Shown: positions 50,984 to 60,914 of the stretch, in pieces
Layout: each line of letters opens with the position of its first letter
Position numbering within the stretch: the first letter of the stretch is position 1
Source of the DNA: a virus
Virus record (IMG/VR): IMGVR_UViG_3300032236_000679
Coordinates: 59,006 to 123,005 of that record
DNA: 64,000 bases
Strand: one strand, 5' to 3'
Notes under the pieces: generated by a model
The model's input: the letters and a program-made list of their open reading frames with translations, nothing else
Database searches by the model: none
Told to the model about the DNA's origin: nothing
Program-made: the position numbers and the translations under genes

Positions 50984-53900
50984 TACTTTTTACTTTGATA
51001 AAGATTTAGATAGGGCTAAACAACAGGCCATTATGGAAAGTCAAACCGAATATGCTTGGGTATTATACAAAGGTGTAGACTACAGCAACTTTGACTTGCG
51101 ATTTGTTCCAAGTAAATTTAAGAAATCTTATGCACATACTTGGGGAAGTCATAATAATCAAAATAGTCATACAACTTGGCTATTACCCATAGAACAAATT
51201 AGAAAAAATCAATCAGTTGAAATTGAACAACACGATATTGTACTGCCAGCAAAAAATATTTTAGGATGGCAGTGGATCACTGATAAAAGAATAGATTATA
51301 CCAATTTCAATTTCAATTGGCTTCCTGATGAGTGGGATTGGGATAAGAACCATGCCTTTACTATGAAAGGCACAACAAAGTTATCTTATACATTCTTGCA
51401 AAAAGAAGGTGCAGTAGAAACAGTTTATCATCCTGCAGAATTAGAGTTTATGTCTGACATAGTTGATGATGAATGGGTATGGGAAACTGATAGTCGTATT
51501 GATTATACAAATTTTGACTTTACTTGGCTACCTGATGCATGGGACATAGACAAAGTACACTGTTTCTGTATGCAAGGGCTAGAACAATTAAATTATACAC
51601 GTTTATACAACAGCAAGCACAAGCAAACTGAATCAAAATTTCATGCTACTAATCTAAAATTTAAGCCTAATGCTGCCGCAGACGAATGGGTATGGGAAAC
51701 TGATAGTCGTATTGATTATACAAATTTTGACTTTATTTGGCTACCTGATGCATGGGACATAAACAAGGAACATTGTTTTGTCATGCAGGGTACAACTCAA
51801 CTAAGTTATACTCGTTTATACAATGCAAAAGCGACTATTGTTGAAACAAAATATCATAAGTCTTCATTGACATTTAAGCCTAATGCTGCCGCAGACGAAT
51901 GGGTATGGGAAACTGATAGTCGTATTGATTATACAAATTTTGACTTTACTTGGCTACCTGACGCATTTGATCTCGATAAAGATCATTATTTTTGTATGGA
52001 TGGCTGTGAACAGTTAAGTTATACACGACTTTATAATACAAAGCACGAACGAACTGAATCAAAATATCATAAATCTAATTTAAGATTCCTTCCAGGATCT
52101 GCTACTGACGAATGGGTATGGGAAACTGACAGTCGTATTGATTATTCAAACTTTGATTTTAATTGGTTACCTAACGAATGGGATAAGGATAAAGTTCATT
52201 ACTTCTGTATGCGTGGATGTAAACAGTTAAGTTATACACGTTTAATTAACTTAAAGCATAAAAGCAAGGGTAACAAATATCATTCTGCTGATCTTATGTT
52301 TAAACCCGGTGCTGCCGCAGACGAATGGGTATGGGAAACTGACAGTCGTATTGATTACACAAACTTTGATTTTACTTGGCTCCCAGATGAATGGGATATG
52401 AATAAAGATCATCTTTTTTGCATGAACGGATTAACGCAATTAAGTTATACTCGCTTGTATAATAAAAAGAAAGAACGTGTAAGTAAGAAGTTTCATAAAT
52501 CAACGCTCAAGTTTAAGCCTAAGGCCGCCGCAGAAGAATGGATATGGGAAACTGATAGTCGTATTGATTACACAAACTTTGATTTTACTTGGCTTCCAGA
52601 TGCATTTGACTGTGATAAAGTGCATGAATTTTGTATGCGGGGAAAGGAACAACTTAGTTACACACGATTGTATAATGCTAAGTGTAAACAAATTGAATCA
52701 AAGTTTCATTCTGCTGATTTAGATTTTATTCCGGGTGCAGCCAAAGACGAATGGGTGTGGGAAACTGATAGTCGTATTGATTACAGCAAGTTTGACTTTA
52801 CTTGGTTGCCTGACGCATGGGACAGAGATAAAGATCACTATTTCTGTATGCGTGGTCTAGAACAATTAAGTTATACTCGCTTATACAACTCTAAATTCAA
52901 ACAGACAACTGCAAAATTTCATATGTCAACCCTTGAATTTAACCCTGGTGCTGCTAATGACGAATGGGTGTGGGAAAAAGATGAACGTATTGATTATACA
53001 GGCTTTGACTTTACTTGGCTTCCTGATGCATGGGAAAAAGAATATGCACACTGCTTCTGTATACAAGGCAAGGAGCAGTTAAGTTACACTAAGTTAATTA
53101 ATATTAAACATAATGTGCAGGGTAAGAACAAGTTTTATGAATCTAATTTACAGTTCATCGATAAAACATCTAAGTTTACCCGCGAAGAAATTGAACATAT
53201 TAGAGACTTGCCCGAATGGATTTGGGAAATTGATCGACGGATTGATTATACTAATTTCAATTTTGACTGGTTACCTGATGCATGGGAAAAGGAATATTCT
53301 CATTGGTTCTGTATGCAGGATAAAGAACAGTTAAGTTATACACGCTTAATTAATACAAAGCATAATGAAAAAGATAAGAATAAGTTTTATGCTGCCGATT
53401 TAAAATTTACGCAGCCAACAACTATCATTGAATGGCCTAACTTTGCTGAAGCAATGCTTACTGGAGATGATTGGTTTGATTGTTTAGTTAATTGGGTAGT
53501 ACAGCAAAACATCCAACAAGAATGGGTGTGGGTTGTTGACAGTAGAATTGATTATACAAAGTTTGATTTTAACTGGTTACCTGATCGTGATGGATTACCT
53601 TACATACATTGTTTTAGTATGCAAGGGCATGAAAAATTAAGTTATACATGGCTAGTGAACACTAACAGTTTGCGAGATAGACAATACAAATTTATTAAAA
53701 GCAATCTTAAATTTCTCAAACCACATGCTGATACTGTTGTATTAGATATGGGCTTTAACAATAATAATTTCGTACATTATCAAAAGAAACTACGTTTTAC
53801 CGGCACAATGGAAGCAATGTTATCCAGTGCTGTTAAACGTGCAACTAATGAATGGTTGCACGTAATCAGTACATGTTGCGATTATATGATGTTTGACTTT

Positions 53901-55013
53901 ACATGGTTACCAGACTTAGATCAAGTTGAATATACACAATGCTGGCCCAGTAATGATCAAGAGAAGGGCGATACTTTTCTAATTCATATCCCAACTTATC
54001 TACGCACTGGTAAATTTGAATTTAATTTTGATCACGAAAGTGTACTTAGAGTACCATGGCCTCCTTTTGTATATAATGAAGATAGTTTAGCAGAAGCATT
54101 GAACAATCATCCGCGTATGTCAAGTTTGTATGTTGCCTACTATAAACAGAATTCAGTTATTAATAGATTCCCATCACCTTGCTTATGGGATAAACGACCT
54201 GTTGTTGGATTAAATCTATGCAACAGTGTAAGTCTTGTTCCGCGAGATTGTGTGGTAAAAGAAGAAATATACGAGTACCCTTATCTTAAACGACATGCAA
54301 ATATGGCTAGAAATAGTGAATTGGATGTTGTCTTTATTCATAATGGTGAAAAAGATTCAGGCGTAAATCTAACTAGATGCAATTTAACTATGCCCAGCAA
54401 TATGAATTTGAGAATAAGCAGTGGTGTAAATGGCAGACTTAAAGCATACCAAACTGCTGCTGAATTAAGCAGTACAGATTGGTTCCTTGCTGTATTTGCC
54501 AAGTGTCATATGACGGAATCATTTAGATCTTTCTCATGGCGTCCTGACTATTGGCAGAAACCCAAGCATTATATCTTCCATAATCATAATGTTGATCTTG
54601 ATCTAACGTACGGACACATGGCACCAATTGCATATAATAAAAAGTTAATGCTTGAGAATAAAGGCGGTCTTGACATGACACTGGCTCAGGAACATGCTGT
54701 TATACCAATTGTTCTAAGTGAGACACAACTTACTGATCCATGGGATACTTGGCGTACTGCTTTCCGCGAAACTGTTAAGTTGCTTTACTATTCAAAGACT
54801 GACGACAGCATTGAATTAAAATATAGATTACACAAGTGGCTTAATGCTGAAGAGCAATGGTCTAAACACAATCCATGGTATCAATATGGATCAAAAGATG
54901 CAAAGGATTTCTTTGATAGTGTTGATGGCGATTGGGGATGGATTATGGTTACAAACGAATGGGATTGGCTGCGTAAGCGATTTAATGCACTATATCCTAC
55001 ACAGCAAACTTAA
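50976..55013 (+). CDS. Large protein with 71-aa tandem repeats and a C-terminal GT-like domain
   Basis: About 11 copies of EWVWETDSRIDYTNFDFTWLPDAW...H.FCM.G..QLSYTRLYN; C-terminus (ELDVVFI...WRTAFRETVKL) parallels the 42462 protein. Confidence 0.7.
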   Translation: MYDTFYFDKDLDRAKQQAIMESQTEYAWVLYKGVDYSNFDLRFVPSKFKKSYAHTWGSHNNQNSHTTWLLPIEQIRKNQSVEIEQHDIVLPAKNILGWQWITDKRIDYTNFNFNWLPDEWDWDKNHAFTMKGTTKLSYTFLQKEGAVETVYHPAELEFMSDIVDDEWVWETDSRIDYTNFDFTWLPDAWDIDKVHCFCMQGLEQLNYTRLYNSKHKQTESKFHATNLKFKPNAAADEWVWETDSRIDYTNFDFIWLPDAWDINKEHCFVMQGTTQLSYTRLYNAKATIVETKYHKSSLTFKPNAAADEWVWETDSRIDYTNFDFTWLPDAFDLDKDHYFCMDGCEQLSYTRLYNTKHERTESKYHKSNLRFLPGSATDEWVWETDSRIDYSNFDFNWLPNEWDKDKVHYFCMRGCKQLSYTRLINLKHKSKGNKYHSADLMFKPGAAADEWVWETDSRIDYTNFDFTWLPDEWDMNKDHLFCMNGLTQLSYTRLYNKKKERVSKKFHKSTLKFKPKAAAEEWIWETDSRIDYTNFDFTWLPDAFDCDKVHEFCMRGKEQLSYTRLYNAKCKQIESKFHSADLDFIPGAAKDEWVWETDSRIDYSKFDFTWLPDAWDRDKDHYFCMRGLEQLSYTRLYNSKFKQTTAKFHMSTLEFNPGAANDEWVWEKDERIDYTGFDFTWLPDAWEKEYAHCFCIQGKEQLSYTKLINIKHNVQGKNKFYESNLQFIDKTSKFTREEIEHIRDLPEWIWEIDRRIDYTNFNFDWLPDAWEKEYSHWFCMQDKEQLSYTRLINTKHNEKDKNKFYAADLKFTQPTTIIEWPNFAEAMLTGDDWFDCLVNWVVQQNIQQEWVWVVDSRIDYTKFDFNWLPDRDGLPYIHCFSMQGHEKLSYTWLVNTNSLRDRQYKFIKSNLKFLKPHADTVVLDMGFNNNNFVHYQKKLRFTGTMEAMLSSAVKRATNEWLHVISTCCDYMMFDFTWLPDLDQVEYTQCWPSNDQEKGDTFLIHIPTYLRTGKFEFNFDHESVLRVPWPPFVYNEDSLAEALNNHPRMSSLYVAYYKQNSVINRFPSPCLWDKRPVVGLNLCNSVSLVPRDCVVKEEIYEYPYLKRHANMARNSELDVVFIHNGEKDSGVNLTRCNLTMPSNMNLRISSGVNGRLKAYQTAAELSSTDWFLAVFAKCHMTESFRSFSWRPDYWQKPKHYIFHNHNVDLDLTYGHMAPIAYNKKLMLENKGGLDMTLAQEHAVIPIVLSETQLTDPWDTWRTAFRETVKLLYYSKTDDSIELKYRLHKWLNAEEQWSKHNPWYQYGSKDAKDFFDSVDGDWGWIMVTNEWDWLRKRFNALYPTQQT
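51471..53174 (+). repeat. 213-nt tandem repeat array (8 copies in exact register)
   Basis: The GAATGG(G/A)T(A/G)TGGGAA anchor recurs at 51471, 51684, 51897, 52110, 52323, 52536, 52749 and 52962. Confidence 0.9.
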
Positions 55014-56079
55014 CTACTTCAACAACTTTCTCAACTTCTGCATCAGTCATATGCCAATGATTAGGCAAACTAATGCATCTACCTTTTAGATTAGATGCAT
55101 TTGGACAATAATCAACTTTTGTTTTATATGCAGTATAATGATGCAGAGGTTTATCGTAATGACTTGCAAATTCAATATTATGTAATGATAGGAAAGTTTT
55201 TAATACTTCAGGGTTGGTAGGAGCAATTTCAAAAACATAATTTGTATGAGTGCAGCAATAATTGCGATTTGGCATTTCAATTTTATCTTCAAGTTCTAAA
55301 CGATAGTACCAAGATATTTCACTTTTGCGACGCATATTATCATCAAAGTTTTGATATTTGACATTTAAAACTGCTGCTTGTACAGCGTCAATACGACAAT
55401 TAAGTCCTGGCTGTATAACATCTCCGTTGTGTTTACCTTGCACACAGAATGTTTTTAGTTGTTCAACTGTATAGTTTTTACTGACAATGGCACCTGCGTT
55501 ACCCATTGCCCCAAGATTCTTAAGAGGATTAAAACTAAGAGCAAGACTATCGCAGTAATCAATTTGATGAAAGTAATCATAAAACAATTCAAAACTCTGT
55601 GCCGCATCAACTATAAGTTTAACTTTATAATGATCGCACAATCTTTTAAATCTTGTTAGATCAACGCCTTGCCCATATAGATCAACTACAACTACTGCGC
55701 TGACATTTTTAAGTCTATCAAGATATTCTGCTAGCCGTGTAAAATCCATAAGCCAGCATTTATCGATATCGACAAAAGCAGGAATAAGTCCTGCGGCAAC
55801 AACCGCATTAGCAGTTGCTACATATGTCATTGCAGGAACAAGTACTGTACTACCTTTGGGTAAATTGGCAATTTGTAAAGCAGTAATAAGAGCATTAGTA
55901 CCTGAATTTGTAGCAACGCAACTGGCATTGTTATACAAACGACTGACTAAACTTTCAAATTCATCAACTGCTTCGTTAGCAAAATATTGTCCGCTTGTGG
56001 ACACAGTCATTATTGCATTTTGAATTTGATTGCGTTGATCTTCGTATTGCTCTTTTAAATTATAAAATTTAATAGACAT
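54997..56079 (-). CDS. DegT/DnrJ/EryC1/StrS family sugar aminotransferase
   Basis: ATNSGTNAL, VPAMTYVATANAV, IVDAAQS, LSFNPLKNLGAMGNAG (PLP lysine). Confidence 0.9.
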   Translation of the reverse strand: MSIKFYNLKEQYEDQRNQIQNAIMTVSTSGQYFANEAVDEFESLVSRLYNNASCVATNSGTNALITALQIANLPKGSTVLVPAMTYVATANAVVAAGLIPAFVDIDKCWLMDFTRLAEYLDRLKNVSAVVVVDLYGQGVDLTRFKRLCDHYKVKLIVDAAQSFELFYDYFHQIDYCDSLALSFNPLKNLGAMGNAGAIVSKNYTVEQLKTFCVQGKHNGDVIQPGLNCRIDAVQAAVLNVKYQNFDDNMRRKSEISWYYRLELEDKIEMPNRNYCCTHTNYVFEIAPTNPEVLKTFLSLHNIEFASHYDKPLHHYTAYKTKVDYCPNASNLKGRCISLPNHWHMTDAEVEKVVEVVKFAV

Positions 56080-57013
56080 GACTGTAATTACGCATCCAAT
56101 CTACATATTGCTTTACGCCGTTAGTAAAATCTATTTTTGGTCTATAGCCTAAATGTTCTTGAGCCTTTGAAATATCCAACGCACCTCTTTGTGGTTCGTC
56201 GGATGGCTTTTGTTCACTTATATGTACAAGTCCTAAACTTCCAATAGTTTTATGAACAAGATATGCTGCTTCTGCTAAACTACGTGCTTCACCTCTTGTT
56301 AAATTATATACTTCTCCAGCAACACCATGTTCTTCTGCTTGTCTAATACCTCGAGCAAGATCATTGACATGTGTAAAGTCCAATAGACTTGCAGGATTTA
56401 AAACAGCAATATCTTTATTGTTTAATAGTGCATTGATCCAAGTTCCCAGTACACGATTGATATTATCACCTGGACCATATACAGCACTGGGTCTAACAAT
56501 AACAGTATTATCGCAGGCTAATTTAGCAAGATCTTCGCCATGTGCCTTCAACATTCCATATAAGTTAATAGGTTTAAGTGGCTCATTCTCAGGCATTGGC
56601 ATACGAGTAAAATTACCATAGGCCATACTGCTGCTGACGTAAACCATTCGTGCGCCAATCTCTTCAGCAAATTCAGCAACGGTAAATGTGTTACTGTTCA
56701 TTTGACTTGTGGCAATAAATTTTTCTTCCATTACTGCTCGTTGATTAGGATGGCTGGCAAGATGAATTATGCTACGTGGTTTCAATCCGTCTAGTTTATC
56801 CCTAATAGAAAAAGTTAAACTACAGTTAGATTGAATAAATGATAATTTCTTATGATCGACATATTCCATTCGATATTTTGTAAGAGCAGGATGTTGATGA
56901 TGTTTGTTTAAATTATCAACAATAGTAACTTTGAACCCTTCATCTAAGTACTGACGTGTTAGTACATGGCCGATAAAGCCCATGCCGCCTGTAATTAGAA
57001 CATGTTTGCTCAT
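56069..57013 (-). CDS. NAD-dependent nucleotide-sugar epimerase/dehydratase
   Basis: ITGGMGFIG Rossmann motif, VSSSMAYG, YGMLK (YxxxK), VRPSAVYGPG. Confidence 0.9.
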   Translation of the reverse strand: MSKHVLITGGMGFIGHVLTRQYLDEGFKVTIVDNLNKHHQHPALTKYRMEYVDHKKLSFIQSNCSLTFSIRDKLDGLKPRSIIHLASHPNQRAVMEEKFIATSQMNSNTFTVAEFAEEIGARMVYVSSSMAYGNFTRMPMPENEPLKPINLYGMLKAHGEDLAKLACDNTVIVRPSAVYGPGDNINRVLGTWINALLNNKDIAVLNPASLLDFTHVNDLARGIRQAEEHGVAGEVYNLTRGEARSLAEAAYLVHKTIGSLGLVHISEQKPSDEPQRGALDISKAQEHLGYRPKIDFTNGVKQYVDWMRNYSHVY

Positions 57014-57876
57014 ACTGCCATCTCTGCTTTAATAGTTGGGTGTGACTGATAATTGACAAGATTGCAATCATCTACAGTGACAGAATACAAACTATTAACA
57101 TTACTAATATCAAGAGTTGGAAAGTCATATGGTTGCCTTGTTAATTGCGTTTCAACTGCATCGATATGATTCTTGTAGATATGAACATCTCCAAATGTAA
57201 GGATAAGTTCACCAACAGTAGCGCCGATCTCTTTAGCAATGAGATGTGTAAACAATGCGTATGATGCAATGTTAAATGGCACTCCTAAAAATACATCGGC
57301 GCTACGTTGATACATCTGACAACTTAGAACATTGTTTCTAAGGTAAAACTGCATGAAAGCATGGCATGGTGGAAGCGCCATTTTCTCAAGGTCCCCTGGG
57401 TTCCAGGCTGAAATGATGTGTCTTCTACTATTGGGATCTTTATTTAATCCTTCGATGAGATTTTTAAGTTGGTCTGTTTCGGTGTAACTGTATGTACCGT
57501 TGAAGATGGGACTACGCCAGTTACGCCATTGCACACCGTAGATTCTACCGAGGTCTCCGTCAAATCGTGCCTTGGGAAGCCAGTAATCTGCCTCTGCATT
57601 GGCAGTCCATATAGTCTTCTTAGACTTGTCTCGGGTTCCAAACTGAATTTCAGCAAGTCTTCTTTCATCACCTGATCCTTCTATAAACCAAATTAGTTCT
57701 GCTACAACTGATCTCCACGCTAATTTCTTTGTTGTGATAGCAGGGAAGCCTGCTGCCAAATCGAAACGCAGTTGCTCTCCAAAGAGACTTAGCGTTCCTA
57801 CCCCTGTGCGATCAGTTGTAGAGATACCTGTTTCTAATATACGTTCGCATAAATCTAAATAATTTAACTCTGTCAT
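57010..57876 (-). CDS. thyA: Thymidylate synthase
   Basis: DRTGVGT, SRRHIISAWNP, ALPPCH, YQRSADVFLGVPFNIASY, HIYKNH; start 57876 by ATGA overlap. Confidence 0.96.
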   Translation of the reverse strand: MTELNYLDLCERILETGISTTDRTGVGTLSLFGEQLRFDLAAGFPAITTKKLAWRSVVAELIWFIEGSGDERRLAEIQFGTRDKSKKTIWTANAEADYWLPKARFDGDLGRIYGVQWRNWRSPIFNGTYSYTETDQLKNLIEGLNKDPNSRRHIISAWNPGDLEKMALPPCHAFMQFYLRNNVLSCQMYQRSADVFLGVPFNIASYALFTHLIAKEIGATVGELILTFGDVHIYKNHIDAVETQLTRQPYDFPTLDISNVNSLYSVTVDDCNLVNYQSHPTIKAEMAV

Positions 57877-58364
57877 AATCTTACCCATGTAGAATATATT
57901 TTGTTGCGTCCAAACGCTTCTGTGTTCTTACCAAATCCTTCAAGGAATATTGCCATGTTTAGTTTAACATCACAATTATATTCTGTCATGAAAGTTGTAA
58001 GATTAATTTCTTTAATGTATGAACTACAACTCATTAGCAGTTTAGCACCGCCAATGATCCAAATAATTTTATCTGGATTGTGTTGTTCTAGCATTTCTAA
58101 ACTTTCTTTAAGCCAAGATCCTGCTATAACTTCATGTGCTTGACTGAACTGTTTTACATTTTGATTTGTAACAACAACGCAAGTTCTATTTGGTAAAGGT
58201 TTAGGCATCATTGGATCTAGCCAAGTATTAGATCCCATTACAACAATATGGCCTGATGTAATTTCTTTAAAATGCCGTAAATCTTCTTTATCGTGGGGCC
58301 AGGGCAGCGAGCCTTGATAGCCCATGCCGCCCTGGAGATCAGTGGCAAATATTGCCTTTATCAT
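57873..58364 (-). CDS. folA: Dihydrofolate reductase
   Basis: GMGYQGSLPWPH..EDL..FK, VVMG..TW, PLPNR, WIIGG. Confidence 0.92.
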   Translation of the reverse strand: MIKAIFATDLQGGMGYQGSLPWPHDKEDLRHFKEITSGHIVVMGSNTWLDPMMPKPLPNRTCVVVTNQNVKQFSQAHEVIAGSWLKESLEMLEQHNPDKIIWIIGGAKLLMSCSSYIKEINLTTFMTEYNCDVKLNMAIFLEGFGKNTEAFGRNKIYSTWVRL

Positions 58365-58669
58365 CCTAAAAGCCTTTTTGTTTTTTCGCCTACTTCTTCG
58401 GCTAATGCTTCGATGTTTAAATGAAAATCTAGTGTATCTATTTCTTCATCATTTTCTTCGACAAAATCTTCAAGTAAAGTTTCGACTTCTTTTGAGGACA
58501 AACCTTTTTTAATATACTCTTCTACTTCGAAAATTTTCTCACTTCCATCCATCATAGTAATTGTTATGGATTTTAGCAGATGTATTGGCACACTTTGTAT
58601 GTCTAACTCTGCTAAAATACTTTCCCAACGACTATGAAGGTCCGATCCAAGTGGAATTTCATCAGTCAC
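58361..58669 (-). CDS. Hypothetical acidic protein
   Basis: 102-aa ORF, GTG start, coupled to folA. Confidence 0.55.
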   Translation of the reverse strand: MTDEIPLGSDLHSRWESILAELDIQSVPIHLLKSITITMMDGSEKIFEVEEYIKKGLSSKEVETLLEDFVEENDEEIDTLDFHLNIEALAEEVGEKTKRLLG

Positions 58670-58682
58670 TTAAATCTCAAAC

Positions 58683-59336
58683 TTAAACAACTGTCTTATT
58701 CTTAGCAGCAGTTTTCTTGGCTGTCTTTTTCATGTCGATGATTTCCTTCTGCATTGCCTGCATCTGTTGCATCATCTGCATCATCATTGAAGTCATTTCA
58801 TTCTGAGATGTCTCAGCAGGAGTTGCAGCAACTACTGGTGCTCCGCCATCGTCATCACCATACTGGATTTCAACTTCTTCAGACAACTTAGCCTTATTAC
58901 GTGATGCAACACTCTTAGTTGGATCATCATTCAGCCCCAACTGTCGATCCATTTCTTCCAAACGCTTAACAGCCTGCTCGCCCCTGCCTGCTTCATTTAG
59001 CAACTTGTTAAGTTCATCTAGACGAATTGAACTCTTGCTATTTGGCTTGACAAGAACTGCATTCTGAGAAACACGCTTGATGAAGTTTTCACTACTTAAA
59101 GCCTGTAGCATATTATCGCCATTTGCCATCATACGACGCTGTAGAATATCTCTAAATTCGTATGCCTGCTGCCCTTCAGGTGATTCAAGAACCTGCATGA
59201 CATCATCGTGATATCTACTGGGCAAAATATCACTATAGAGAACAGCAGCCATATGTGCATCGTCTCCAGTTAGTTGACGCTGTACAATGATAACTTTCTT
59301 ACCATTTGCAACGCCTACATGTTTAAAAAATGTCAT
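58683..59336 (-). CDS. Hypothetical protein
   Basis: 217-aa ORF with low-complexity M/Q tail; TAATG overlap with the upstream gene. Confidence 0.6.
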   Translation of the reverse strand: MTFFKHVGVANGKKVIIVQRQLTGDDAHMAAVLYSDILPSRYHDDVMQVLESPEGQQAYEFRDILQRRMMANGDNMLQALSSENFIKRVSQNAVLVKPNSKSSIRLDELNKLLNEAGRGEQAVKRLEEMDRQLGLNDDPTKSVASRNKAKLSEEVEIQYGDDDGGAPVVAATPAETSQNEMTSMMMQMMQQMQAMQKEIIDMKKTAKKTAAKNKTVV

Positions 59337-59581
59337 TACTGTTCTCCGGTTGTAGTTTCAGTTGAAGTAGTTGTAGCAGCAGTTGGATCAGGAATTGCTC
59401 CATTTGCAATTAGAAAAGCCTTGAGTCTATCATAAACTTGCCCAACATTTGACATCTCATCTGCTCTAAATGCTCCACGCTGAGCACATGCTTCATAAAC
59501 TTGAAGCGAGAAAATCAAGTCTTGAATGCCAAAACCTGGTGTTTCAGTAGTATCAGTTGATGCGGTGTTTTCTTCAGTCAT
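59336..59581 (-). CDS. Hypothetical protein
   Basis: 81-aa ORF; late core TAAATA on the minus strand at 59604-59609. Confidence 0.6.
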   Translation of the reverse strand: MTEENTASTDTTETPGFGIQDLIFSLQVYEACAQRGAFRADEMSNVGQVYDRLKAFLIANGAIPDPTAATTTSTETTTGEQ

Positions 59582-59688
59582 ATTAAATTCCTTTTCGCGA
59601 AAATATTTACTGTAAATTAGAATAGCACAATTAATTTGTGGTTGTCAAAATTAATTATTAAGTAATGTAGAAAGAGTGGGAATATCTG

Positions 59689-60318
59689 ATGAGTTTTTTA
59701 GAAAATAAATTTGCTATTGTACGTGGTTATATTGATCCTCCCATAATGGATTTATTTTATCAGTATTGTAAATTACAAGTAAACAGTGCAGGATTTAAAA
59801 AAATGAATTCTGAATCTTATAATCCAGATTGGGATGGACGTTTTGGTGATTCACTTGTGGCAAATACATATGCTAGATATGCAGATCCCCTGTGGGAAAG
59901 TTTGTTATTATCCAGTGTTAAACCATTAGAACATTGCACAGGCTTATCAATTGTTCCTAACTTTAGTTACTGGAGATTTTATCAAGAAGGGGATGTTCTA
60001 ATTAAACATTCCGATAGACCTGGCTGTGAAATCTCTGTTACTTTGTGTATTGGGTATGAAGGAGAGAATTGGCCGCTGTTTATAGAAAGCGAAAACTATA
60101 CAGGTCCTATTTTGTTAGAACCTGGAGATATGTTAGTCTATAAAGGTCGTGAAGTACCTCATTGGCGTGAAGAATTTAAAGGAGTGAATCAAGCACAAGT
60201 TTTTCTGCAATATGATATAGCAGGCAATGAGGATAATAACTTTTTAGATAAAAAACCCATGCCTGCTATTCCAATTACATACTCATTAAATTTTGGATTA
60301 CCTTCGAATAAAAGTTAA
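59689..60318 (+). CDS. 2OG-Fe(II) oxygenase (prolyl hydroxylase-like)
   Basis: LIKHSDRPGCEISVTL (HxD)...GDMLVYKG...PHWRE (distal His). Confidence 0.8.
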   Translation: MSFLENKFAIVRGYIDPPIMDLFYQYCKLQVNSAGFKKMNSESYNPDWDGRFGDSLVANTYARYADPLWESLLLSSVKPLEHCTGLSIVPNFSYWRFYQEGDVLIKHSDRPGCEISVTLCIGYEGENWPLFIESENYTGPILLEPGDMLVYKGREVPHWREEFKGVNQAQVFLQYDIAGNEDNNFLDKKPMPAIPITYSLNFGLPSNKS

Positions 60319-60914
60319 TCCTCATATAGATCTTCCCATGTATCCATTGTCTTAGAGTCCACAACTGTTCCTTCAAAGTCAGGATTAAGAAAGACTTCTT
60401 TGCCATTTCTGCCGTCGCCGTACCATTGATAATAAGCATTGTCTTCAGATAATATTTCAAACTGATTGGAATAGACTAATGCAAGCACAGTAAGATCATC
60501 TTTGGCGATCTCAATGACATAACTATTTCTTCCACAACCGCCTGCATACTGCATACAAGGGCCATGTTTAATGTCATTGTGTTGCAGTAACCAAAGGAAC
60601 TCATTCTTGTAACGGAAATGAATTCTAATTGGTAATGCTGCTTTTAATCGTTCCTCATCTTCAGGTGTTAGAATGTCAATTGAGGCATTACCGTTTTCAA
60701 GTCGTAGTAATGCGTTCTTGAACTTTAATGCACCTTTTGTGCGGACATTGAGGGGAGTTTCTTTTGTGGTCCAAGGGATGTTTGCTTCGACGTGATCAAC
60801 GTAATACGTCTTGCCCTTAGCCATTATGATCCACATTGGGATGGAACTGTCTTCTAAATGCTTTTTATTAAAATGAAATACAATATCTTTACATGCAAGT
60901 TCAATCTAAGCCAT
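60315..60914 (-). CDS. Hypothetical protein with an in-frame TAG at codon 3 (amber-readthrough candidate)
   Basis: AAGGAG RBS, 8-nt spacer, ATG GCT TAG ATT GAA..., then an open frame (IELACKDIVFHFNKKHLEDSSIPMWII...) continuous with track ORF 60315..60836; 199 codons in total. Confidence 0.7.

Noticed and set aside
51471-53174. 213-nt repeats as a CRISPR array or DGR template/variable repeat
   Set aside because: The repeats are in-frame coding units with synonymous variation and no unique spacers, cas genes or reverse transcriptase.
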